Positions 40,646 through 48,904 of a DNA stretch of 64,000 bases are shown here, piece after piece. Within the stretch, counting starts at the first letter, position 1. The number at the start of each line of letters is the position of its first letter. The translations under genes and the position numbers were made by a program. Source of the stretch: Candidatus Limnocylindrales bacterium (lineage in GTDB: Bacteria > Chloroflexota > Limnocylindria > Limnocylindrales > CSP1-4); the NCBI GenBank assembly GCA_038319665.1, contig JBBQDL010000003.1:11129-75128 (forward strand), written 5' to 3'. The notes beneath the pieces were generated by a model. That model had not been told where the DNA came from. It did not search any database and was given only the letters and a program-made list of their open reading frames with translations.

Positions 40646-41409
40646 TGGACCCATCCCGCCCTGACCGGATCCTGCAAGAGTGGAACGAGGTCGCCGATGG
40701 CGCCCGTCGTCCGGCTGTGCCGCCGCGGCGGGTCGGTGTGCGAGGTGTCGCTTCGGGCCCCAGCCTTGTCGGTGCGGGCGTCCTCCTGGCCGCCGTCCTG
40801 ATCGCCGTAGTCTGGCTCGGGCGTCCCGGTTCGGACGGCGGCATAGGGGCGGTCAGCACACCACTCCCGACCGCCACCGAGACCCCGATCGCCACGCCCT
40901 CGGCGAGCCCGAGCCCGAGCCCGAGCCCGACGCCTGCGGCCACCGCGACCGCGATCCCGACCCCGACGCCAACCCTCGCGCCGACGGTCGCACCTGCCCC
41001 CCGGCCGTGCGATCCCTCGAAGCTCGCGGCTCGGATCACGTTGTGGGAGGGCGCGGCCGGCAGCCGTTTCGCGCACGTCGAGGTGACCAATGCCAGTTCG
41101 CAGACCTGCACGATCCGGGCGATGGACAAGCCCCAGTTCGTCGATGGCAAGGGATCGGTCCTGATCGACGGTCAGACCCCGTCCAGCGCGGCGGTGCTCA
41201 CGCTCGCCCCAGGCGACGTGGTCACGACCGCTGTGCAAGTCTCCAACTACTGCGGTCCGAATCCGGTGCCGCCGGTCAGTGTCGCCTTCGTCCAGAGCGG
41301 CGGCGGCCGGTTTGTGGCCACCCCGGTCTCGCCGACCGATACGACCGCTCCGCCATGCAACGGACCCGGGATGCCGGCCTTGCTCGACATGCATCCCTGG
41401 GCGCACTGA
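40645..41409 (+). CDS. Membrane-anchored DUF4232-like protein (candidate anti-sigma factor)
   Basis: Short N-terminus, one TM helix, Pro/Thr/Ser linker, C-terminal domain C...EGAAG...VTN...C..., 4 Cys; TGATG coupling to the sigma gene. Confidence 0.65.
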   Translation: MDPSRPDRILQEWNEVADGARRPAVPPRRVGVRGVASGPSLVGAGVLLAAVLIAVVWLGRPGSDGGIGAVSTPLPTATETPIATPSASPSPSPSPTPAATATAIPTPTPTLAPTVAPAPRPCDPSKLAARITLWEGAAGSRFAHVEVTNASSQTCTIRAMDKPQFVDGKGSVLIDGQTPSSAAVLTLAPGDVVTTAVQVSNYCGPNPVPPVSVAFVQSGGGRFVATPVSPTDTTAPPCNGPGMPALLDMHPWAH

Positions 41410-42008
41410 TGAAGCGCCTGACGTTCGTCCTCGTCGCCGCGCTGGTCTTCATGGCGTGTTCCGCTCAGGGGGCCGCCCCGACGGCGGCGCCGACGCCCGT
41501 GGCCACGGCCAGCCCGAGTCCTTTGGCCGCACCGACGTCGACCGAGACGGCAGCCCCGACCCCGACGGCCACCCAGAAGCCGACCGCCACGCCCGCACCC
41601 AGCGCGTGTGATCCCGCGAAGCTCGCGGCCCGGATCACCCTGTGGGAAGGCGCCGCTGGGAGTCGCATCGCGCACGTCGAGCTGACGAATGCCAGCTCGC
41701 AGACCTGCACGATCCGGGCGATGGACAAGCCTCAATTAGTCGACGGCAAGGGATCTGTCCTGATCAACGGCCAGACCCCGTCGAGCACGGCGGTCGTCAC
41801 GGTCGCCCCCGGCGGCGTGCTCAAGACGCTCGTCAGGGACTCGAACTATTGCGGCCCGAATCCCACGCCGCCGGTAAGCGTCGCATTCGTCCAGAGCGGC
41901 GACGGCCGGATCGTGGCGACACCGTTCTCACCGACCGACGCGACCGTGCCGCCGTGCAATGGCGCTGGGTCGGGCGCCTCGATCGACATGCATCCATGGG
42001 CGCCCTGA
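41409..42008 (+). CDS. DUF4232-like lipoprotein, paralogue of the upstream gene
   Basis: MKRLTFVLVAALVFMAC signal/lipobox; C-terminal domain very similar to that of 40645-41409; TGATG coupling. Confidence 0.7.
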   Translation: MKRLTFVLVAALVFMACSAQGAAPTAAPTPVATASPSPLAAPTSTETAAPTPTATQKPTATPAPSACDPAKLAARITLWEGAAGSRIAHVELTNASSQTCTIRAMDKPQLVDGKGSVLINGQTPSSTAVVTVAPGGVLKTLVRDSNYCGPNPTPPVSVAFVQSGDGRIVATPFSPTDATVPPCNGAGSGASIDMHPWAP

Positions 42009-43159
42009 TGAGGCACCTGGCCAGCGTCCTGGTCGTCGCGCTCGCCTTCGCGGCGGGCTCCGGCCAGGCTGCAGCTCCGACATCGGCTTCGACTGCCGCA
42101 AGCATGGCCGCCACGATGACTGTGGCGACCGCGACGGCCGCGACGACCGTGGCGACCGTGGCGATCGCGGCCCCCAGCCTCGCCAGGATGATCGGCCAGA
42201 AACTGGTCGTTCGGATGGACGGGCTGACCCCAAGCGCCGATCTGCTCGGGCGGATCAAGCGGGGTGAGGTCGGCGGCGTGATCCTGTTCGGTTCCAACAT
42301 CACGACGCGTACTGCCTTGATAGCGCTCACGGGCAAGCTCCGAGCAGCCGCGGCTGCTGGGGGTCAGCCGCGGCTGCTCATCGCCGTGGACCAGGAGGGT
42401 GGCTCGATCAAGCGGATCCCCTGGGCGCCACCGACGCTCTCGCCGCCCCAGATGGGTCGCATCGGGAGCACGGCGACGGCTCGAACGCAGGGCGCGATGA
42501 CGGGCGCCGCGCTCAAGGGCCTCGGCATCAACGTCGACTTCGCGCCGGTGGCCGATGTCCCGAGTTCGACGGCATCCTTCATCTATCGCGACGGTCGGAC
42601 GTGGTCGTTCAGCTCGACTTTGACCGCGGCCCTCTCGGACGCCTTTGCCAGCGGCTTAGGGTCGAACGGCGTCATCCCATCCATGAAGCATTTCCCGGGA
42701 ATCGGGCGCTCGCCATGGAACACCGACCAGGTCGCCGTGACGTTCTGGTCGTCACGCGCGACGCTCGCGCCGGGACTCCTGCCATACCGGACCGCCATCG
42801 CGCACCACATCCCGATGATCATGCTGTCGAACGGGACGTACAACGCGTACGACCCCGTCAACGGAGCAGGTTGGTCACGCGCGATCTCCAACGACCTGCT
42901 CCGCGGCCAACTCGGCTTCAAGGGCGTGACCATCAGCGACGGGCTGAGCGGCGCGGCCTATTCGCGTGGGCTGGCCACCTGGCAGCTGGCCGTTCGCGCG
43001 GCGCGTGCCGGGACCGACATGATCCTCGTGACGGGCTCGGAGGCCTCCACTCGGTACATCTACACGAAGCTCATGGCCTACGGCGCGAGCGGCTGGATCT
43101 CGAGGACGGCACTGCAAGCATCCTACACGCGGATCCTCGCGATGAAGGCGGGACTCTAG
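42008..43159 (+). CDS. Secreted glycoside hydrolase family 3 (NagZ-like N-terminal domain)
   Basis: Signal peptide; GGVILF, IAVDQEGG, GINVDFAPVADV, KHFPG, LGFKGVTISD, AGTDMIL; TGATG coupling. Confidence 0.85.
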   Translation: MRHLASVLVVALAFAAGSGQAAAPTSASTAASMAATMTVATATAATTVATVAIAAPSLARMIGQKLVVRMDGLTPSADLLGRIKRGEVGGVILFGSNITTRTALIALTGKLRAAAAAGGQPRLLIAVDQEGGSIKRIPWAPPTLSPPQMGRIGSTATARTQGAMTGAALKGLGINVDFAPVADVPSSTASFIYRDGRTWSFSSTLTAALSDAFASGLGSNGVIPSMKHFPGIGRSPWNTDQVAVTFWSSRATLAPGLLPYRTAIAHHIPMIMLSNGTYNAYDPVNGAGWSRAISNDLLRGQLGFKGVTISDGLSGAAYSRGLATWQLAVRAARAGTDMILVTGSEASTRYIYTKLMAYGASGWISRTALQASYTRILAMKAGL

Positions 43160-43215
43160 AGGCCCTCCGGGCCGCCACGATGGGTCCGGCGACTCGGACC
43201 GGCTACGATGCGAGC

Positions 43216-44094
43216 GTGCATGACGGACCCGATGGAGGCGCGACCGGGCGGACGCGACTCGGCAACGTAGCGAACGGCAATGCCCCCCGACCGCACGGGG
43301 CGTGCCGGGTCCTGATGATCGGCGACATGATCGGCAAGCCCGGTCGAGTCGCCGTGGAACAGGTCCTGCCGGGGATCCGCGACGAGCGCGGGATCGACTT
43401 CGTGACCGCCAACGGCGAGAACGTCGCAGGCGGGATGGGCCTCACCGCCTCGACCGCCGACGCGATCCTCGCCTCCGGGGTCGACGTCATCACGTCGGGC
43501 AACCACATCTGGGACAAGCGGGAGATCTACCCGTATCTCGAGGCCAACGACCGCGTCCTGCGGCCGCTCAATTACGGGACGCACGAGGTGCCGGGACGTG
43601 GTTGGGGGACGTACCAGGCCCTCGACGGCACCGACATCGCGGTCATCAACCTCCAGGGCCGGACCTACATGCAGCAGATCGAGAACCCGTTCACCGATGC
43701 GGACCGCCTGCTGGAGGAATCGTCCGAACCGCTCCCGCCGGTCCGTCTCGTCGACTTCCACTGCGAGCTGACCTCCGAGAAGAACGCGCTGGGCCTCTAC
43801 CTCGACGGGCGGGTGAGTGTCGTGGTCGGGACCCACACGCATGTCGTGACCGGCGACGAGCGCATCCTCCCCCAGGGAACGGCCTACCAGACCGACCTCG
43901 GGATGACCGGGCCGATCTGGAGCGTCATCGGGTTCGAGCCACGGACCGTCATCCCGCGCTTCATCAACGCGTTGCCGACGCGCTTCGAGGTGGGGCAGGG
44001 GACCGTCGTCTTCAATGCGGTCCAGGTCGATATCGACCCGGCGACCGGCCGCGCCCTCGCGATCGAGCGGATCCAGCGACTCGTCGAGGCGTGA
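43216..44094 (+). CDS. ymdB: TIGR00282/YmdB family metallophosphoesterase
   Basis: IGDMIGKPGR, ANGENVAGG, TSGNHIWD, VDFHCELTSEK, GTHTHV, TDLGMTGP; GTG 6 nt after TACGAT. Confidence 0.92.
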   Translation: MHDGPDGGATGRTRLGNVANGNAPRPHGACRVLMIGDMIGKPGRVAVEQVLPGIRDERGIDFVTANGENVAGGMGLTASTADAILASGVDVITSGNHIWDKREIYPYLEANDRVLRPLNYGTHEVPGRGWGTYQALDGTDIAVINLQGRTYMQQIENPFTDADRLLEESSEPLPPVRLVDFHCELTSEKNALGLYLDGRVSVVVGTHTHVVTGDERILPQGTAYQTDLGMTGPIWSVIGFEPRTVIPRFINALPTRFEVGQGTVVFNAVQVDIDPATGRALAIERIQRLVEA

Positions 44095-44095
44095 C

Positions 44096-45037
44096 GTGAC
44101 GGCCGTCCCGCGCCGGAAGCGCCACGATCCGCTGGCGCCGGCGGGATCGGGCCGGGTCGAGCCGCCGGGACCTTCGACCATCGACCTTCATACCCACACC
44201 ACCCGTTCCGATGGAGTCGTCCAGCCGCCGCTGCTCGTCCGCGATGCCTACGACGTTGGCGTCCGGCTTCTTGCGCTGACCGACCACGACACGCTCGCGG
44301 GCTATCGCGAGGTCGTCGCCGCGGATGTGGTCCCGCTCGGCCTGACGCTTGTGCCGGGCGTCGAGATCAACGCGATCGTCACTCGTGACCTCGGGCTGTG
44401 GGAGGGCGAGCTCCATATCCTGGGCTTCGGGATGGACCCCGATGACGGGCCATTCGAAGCGTCGCTGGCGGCCCAGCGATCCCGGCGCCGAGAGCGCTTC
44501 GAGCGGACGGTGGCGCGGCTTCGCGAACTCGACCTTTCGATCGATGCGCAGGTCGCCGGCCTGGCCGATTCGGGCGACGACGCGCTCGGCCGGCCCATCG
44601 TCGCGCGGGCGCTCATCGCGGCGGGTCACGCCTCCAGCGTCGAGGACGCGTTCAGCCGGTTGCTCGCCTGGGGAAAGCCTGGCTACGTCCCGCGGACCGG
44701 CCTCGGGCCGCTCGAGGCGATCGACGCGATCCGGGCGGCGGGCGGACTCCCGGTCCTGGCCCATTTCGGCGAGGCGCCGGCGCGCACGGACCTCGTGCGT
44801 GAGCTCGCGGACGCGGGACTTGGCGGCCTGGAGGTCTACTACCGCGCCTTCGACGTCGACACCGTCGCCGCAGTCCGCGCGGTGGCGGAGGAACTCCGGC
44901 TCGTGCCGACGGGCGGCAGCGACTATCACGGCGATTCGATGACCTACGCCGAGGCGCACGCCGCGCTATGGGTCCCGCTCGACGTCGCCGCTGGCATCCC
45001 GGGCGCAGGCGTCGTAGGCTCGCCCGCACAGCCATGA
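44096..45037 (+). CDS. PHP domain protein (TrpH/YciV-like)
   Basis: DLHTHTTRSDG, ALTDHDT, GVEIN, HILGF, VLAH, TGGSDYHG. Confidence 0.9.
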   Translation: MTAVPRRKRHDPLAPAGSGRVEPPGPSTIDLHTHTTRSDGVVQPPLLVRDAYDVGVRLLALTDHDTLAGYREVVAADVVPLGLTLVPGVEINAIVTRDLGLWEGELHILGFGMDPDDGPFEASLAAQRSRRRERFERTVARLRELDLSIDAQVAGLADSGDDALGRPIVARALIAAGHASSVEDAFSRLLAWGKPGYVPRTGLGPLEAIDAIRAAGGLPVLAHFGEAPARTDLVRELADAGLGGLEVYYRAFDVDTVAAVRAVAEELRLVPTGGSDYHGDSMTYAEAHAALWVPLDVAAGIPGAGVVGSPAQP

Positions 45038-46659
45038 CCGAACGATCGACCCTGCCTCGCGCCCTGCCGATGCTCGAGTTCGTACCGACCGAGCGACCTG
45101 CAGCGCCGCGCCGCCCAAGCGCGCCGGGCGACCATCGCGTCACCGAATACCTGCCGGAAACGCGGACCTTGCCTCGATTCCATGTCTGGACCCTCGGTTG
45201 CCAGATGAACCGGAGCGATTCGGAGGAGATGGCGGGGCGCCTCCTGAGCGCCGGCTGCGAAGAGGCCACGGCCCTCGAGACCGCCGATCTCGTCGTCATC
45301 AATACCTGCGCGATCCGCGAGGGCGCCGAACAGAAGGTCATCGGCCGGATGGGCCAGCTCGCTCGGCTCAAGGCCGCGAACCCGGCGATGCGGGTCGTCC
45401 TGACCGGCTGTTCGGTCCGCGAGCCGGACCGGGCCGGGCTGCGGAGGCGCTACCCCGCGGTCGACCTCTTCCTGCGGCCCGACGAGGAGCCCGAACTGGT
45501 CGACCGGCTCGGGTTGGCGTCGGCCCAGGCGCCGATCGGCGCGATCGGCGGGACGACCACTGTCGGGCGGACCGTGGTGGGTGTCGCCGACCGCCTGGCC
45601 GGGACCCGGGCCCGGGCGGTCGGGGAGGGGACCGTCGCCCGCGGCTCCGCGATCGCCGCCTGGTTGCCGATCATCTATGGCTGCGACAAGACCTGCACGT
45701 ACTGCATCGTGCCGTTCAGTCGTGGGCCCGAGCGCAGCCGACCGTTCGACGACATCGTCGACGAGGCACGGTCGCTGGCGGCGGCTGGCTACTGCGAGGT
45801 CACGCTGCTCGGCCAGAACGTCAACTCGTACGGCCATGACCTGTCGCCCGACGCGCGGTTCGGGCACGTCGACGAGGCGCGCTGGGCCGGCCGGAAGCTG
45901 GACCTCGCCGGGCGTCCCGACCTCGCCGAACTGATCCGTGCGATCGATGGGCTCCGGACTGCCGACGGCCGGCCCGCGATCGGTCGGCTGCGGTTCGTCA
46001 CGTCGCACCCATGGGACCTTTCGGACCGGCTCATCGCCGCGCTCGCCGAGTGCGAGTCGGTGTGCGAGCACCTGCACCTGCCGGTCCAGTCTGGCTCGGA
46101 CGCCGTCCTGCATCGGATGGGCCGCCAGTACACCATCGAGCACTACCAGGAGCGCCTGACCCGGATCCGCGCGTCCGTTCCCGGGATCGCGGTCTCGACC
46201 GACATCATCGTCGGGTTCTGCGGCGAGACCGAGGCGCAGTTCGAGGCGACCCTCGCCCTTCTGGAGACAGTCCGCTACGACCAGGTCTTCGCGGCGGCCT
46301 ACTCGCCGCGGCCGGGGACCCCGGCCACGCGCCTGGTCGACGACGTGCGGCCCGACGTCAAGCGCCGCCGGCTCAATACCCTGCTCGCGGTCCAGGAAGC
46401 GATCGGGCTCGAGCGGAATGAGGCCTGGGTCGGTCGCGAGATCGAGGTCCTGGTCGACGCCGTCCATGCCCCGCGTCAGCACGACCATGAGGCATCGGAC
46501 GCCGCCGCGGCCGGGGAAGGGATCCGCCTCTCCGGCCGTTCTCGCGGTAACAAGCTGGTCCACCTGACCGGTGACGAGGCGCTCGTCGGGCGGACCGTGG
46601 CGGTCCGCGTCGAGCACGCCGGCTCGTACGCGCTGCGAGGCGCACTCGTCGGCGCGTGA
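45034..46659 (+). CDS. miaB: tRNA-2-methylthio-N6-dimethylallyladenosine synthase MiaB
   Basis: TLGCQMN, NTCAIRE, GCDKTCTYCIVP (CxxxCxxC), LLGQNVNSYG, HLPVQSGS, TRAM-like tail. Confidence 0.95.
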   Translation: MTERSTLPRALPMLEFVPTERPAAPRRPSAPGDHRVTEYLPETRTLPRFHVWTLGCQMNRSDSEEMAGRLLSAGCEEATALETADLVVINTCAIREGAEQKVIGRMGQLARLKAANPAMRVVLTGCSVREPDRAGLRRRYPAVDLFLRPDEEPELVDRLGLASAQAPIGAIGGTTTVGRTVVGVADRLAGTRARAVGEGTVARGSAIAAWLPIIYGCDKTCTYCIVPFSRGPERSRPFDDIVDEARSLAAAGYCEVTLLGQNVNSYGHDLSPDARFGHVDEARWAGRKLDLAGRPDLAELIRAIDGLRTADGRPAIGRLRFVTSHPWDLSDRLIAALAECESVCEHLHLPVQSGSDAVLHRMGRQYTIEHYQERLTRIRASVPGIAVSTDIIVGFCGETEAQFEATLALLETVRYDQVFAAAYSPRPGTPATRLVDDVRPDVKRRRLNTLLAVQEAIGLERNEAWVGREIEVLVDAVHAPRQHDHEASDAAAAGEGIRLSGRSRGNKLVHLTGDEALVGRTVAVRVEHAGSYALRGALVGA

Positions 46660-47648
46660 CGGCGTCGCCACCGCTCGTCGTGCTGGCCGGCGCGACGGCG
46701 ACCGGGAAGACCGAGCTCGCGATCCGGCTCGCCGAGGCGATCGCTCGTGACGGCCGGCCGGCCGTGGTCATCTCGGCCGATTCGCGCCAGGTCTTCCGGG
46801 GCCTCGACATCGGGACCGCCAAGGCGAGCGCGGCAGATCAGGCCCGCGTCCCGCACCACGGCCTCGACCTCGTCGAGCCCGACGAACCCTTCAGCGTGGC
46901 GGATTTCGCGGCGCATGCCCGCGCCGCCCTGACCGAGATCGCCGCGGCCGGAGGCATCGCGATCCTCGCGGGCGGGACCGGCCTGTACCTGCGCGCCGTC
47001 GCGCGCGGCCTCGATACCGACGCGCTCCCGAGCGATCCAGTGACCCGTGCCCGGCTCGAAGCCGACCTGCTCGCCGACGGCCTGGACCCCCTGGTCGAAC
47101 GCCTCCGCTCCCTGGCGCCGGCCGCGGCCGCCCGGATCGACACGCGTAATCCTCGACGCGTCGTCCGGGCACTCGAGATCGCCGAGATCGATGGCGACGC
47201 GCCGCCGCCAGCCATGCGCGGCTACCCGGGTCCCGTCGTCTGGCTCGGTCCGACCGTGACGCCCGCCAAGCACGCCGAGCGGATCGCGGCGCGGGCGCGC
47301 GCCCAGTTCGACGCCGGCCTCATCGAGGAGGCAGGCGGCCTCCGAGAGCGGTTCGACCCCGCGCTCCCGGCCTTCACGGCGATCGGCTATCGCGAGGCGT
47401 GGGCCGTCATCGATGGCGAGCTGACGCGCGACGCCGCGATCGAGCTCGACACGCAGCGCAACGTCGCGTTCGCCAAGCGCCAGGCGACCTGGTTCCGGTC
47501 AGAACCGGACATCACCTGGCTCGATGCGACAGAAACCCTCCCGAAGTCGGCCGCACTCGAGCTCACGCGTCCGCTTCTGGGGCCGCCGCGGACGCCAGGT
47601 CGAGTCCGAGCAGCTGGTAGACCGCGATCGGGTCGCTCTTGCCCTTGA
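46656..47648 (+). CDS. miaA: tRNA dimethylallyltransferase MiaA
   Basis: GATATGKT, ISADSRQVFRGLDIGTAK, GGTGLY, RRVVRALE, AIGYRE, FAKRQATW; 3' end overlaps the convergent cyclase gene. Confidence 0.95.
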   Translation: MTASPPLVVLAGATATGKTELAIRLAEAIARDGRPAVVISADSRQVFRGLDIGTAKASAADQARVPHHGLDLVEPDEPFSVADFAAHARAALTEIAAAGGIAILAGGTGLYLRAVARGLDTDALPSDPVTRARLEADLLADGLDPLVERLRSLAPAAAARIDTRNPRRVVRALEIAEIDGDAPPPAMRGYPGPVVWLGPTVTPAKHAERIAARARAQFDAGLIEEAGGLRERFDPALPAFTAIGYREAWAVIDGELTRDAAIELDTQRNVAFAKRQATWFRSEPDITWLDATETLPKSAALELTRPLLGPPRTPGRVRAAGRPRSGRSCP

Positions 47649-48843
47649 GCTGCGGCGTTCCGAGCAGGTGGACCCTGGCGATCCCGGCGATCCCGGCGTA
47701 GGTCGTTTCGCCGACCACGACCGTGCCCGGCTCCGCGAACGTCTGCAGCCGCGCCGCCAGGTTGATCGTGTCGCCGATCGCCGTGAAGTTCCGCATCTCG
47801 CGGCCGCCGATGTTGCCGACGACCGCCGGCCCGGTATTCACGCCGGCCCGGAAGCGCGGAAGCGTCGTGTCCCTCGCTGCGATCGAGTCGACGGCCGTCT
47901 GGATCGCCAGGGCCGCCCGCGAAGCATGGACCGCGTGGTCGGCCTGCCGGACCGGGGCGTTGAAGATGGCCATCAGGGCGTCGCCGGCAAACTGGACGAT
48001 CGTCCCTCCCTCGGCGAACACGATGGGCACGACCGCATCGAAGTAGTCGTTAAGGAGCCTGACGACGGCGTCGGGCGACGTCCGCTCCGCGTAGGCCGTG
48101 AACCCCTGGAGGTCGACGAACAGGACGCTCACGTCGACCGATTCACCGCCCAATTCGGATCGGCCCGGGTCGGCGAGGAGCGCGGCGGCGACATCGGGCG
48201 AGAGGTATTGGTGGAAGAGCCGGTCGACCTGGGCATGGAGCGTCGCGATGAGGCGGCTCTGGTACCAGCCGGTCCGGGCCGCCGTTTCGAGGACGTAGGT
48301 GATCCCGACGGTGAGCGCCAGCGTGGAGACGACCAGGAAGAGATCGACGACGTATGTGCCCAGCACGCCGATCACCAACGCGACGCTCGCCAGTAGCACC
48401 GCCTCGATCGAGAGCAGGACGAGCGCCAGCACGAACCGGCGGGCGCCGATCACGATGAAGATCGACTGGAGGAGGATCGCCGGCCCGGCGTAGCGTTCGA
48501 ACTGGCCGGCCTGGGCCGCCAGGGTCAGGATGGCGGCCGCCGTCAGGAGGTTGAGCGGGACGACGATCCGGGTGAGGTCATCGAGGTTCCGCATCCGTCG
48601 GATGGGAATGGTCGCTACCAGGAGGACCACGGCCATGAAGACGACGATCGGGGTCGACACGCTCGCCGGGATCGGCGTGAAGGTCGGCAGCAGCACGCCC
48701 GCGATCAACCACAGCACGATCGAGATGGGCCCAACGACAAGCGTCTCGCGTCGGACCTGGTCGATCGTCTCCTGCTGGTAGGCGCGCTCCAGGTCCGGAT
48801 CGAGGAAGCGGAGGGTCCGCCGGTCGAGGATGGATGCAGTCAT
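47563..48843 (-). CDS. Membrane-bound class III nucleotidyl (adenylate/guanylate) cyclase
   Basis: About 6 TM helices then VLFVDLQGFT, QFAGDALM, GVNTG, FTAIGDTINLAARL. Confidence 0.88.
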   Translation of the reverse strand: MTASILDRRTLRFLDPDLERAYQQETIDQVRRETLVVGPISIVLWLIAGVLLPTFTPIPASVSTPIVVFMAVVLLVATIPIRRMRNLDDLTRIVVPLNLLTAAAILTLAAQAGQFERYAGPAILLQSIFIVIGARRFVLALVLLSIEAVLLASVALVIGVLGTYVVDLFLVVSTLALTVGITYVLETAARTGWYQSRLIATLHAQVDRLFHQYLSPDVAAALLADPGRSELGGESVDVSVLFVDLQGFTAYAERTSPDAVVRLLNDYFDAVVPIVFAEGGTIVQFAGDALMAIFNAPVRQADHAVHASRAALAIQTAVDSIAARDTTLPRFRAGVNTGPAVVGNIGGREMRNFTAIGDTINLAARLQTFAEPGTVVVGETTYAGIAGIARVHLLGTPQLKGKSDPIAVYQLLGLDLASAAAPEADA

Positions 48844-48904
48844 GCTGCGGTCAAGCATAGGAGACGGTCACGTTGTCTCGGCGAGCCGACCGTGATCGGC
48901 CGGA

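Noticed and set aside
40905-40928. (GAGCCC)4 as a phase-variable repeat
   Set aside because: The unit is in-frame and simply encodes a Ser-Pro linker
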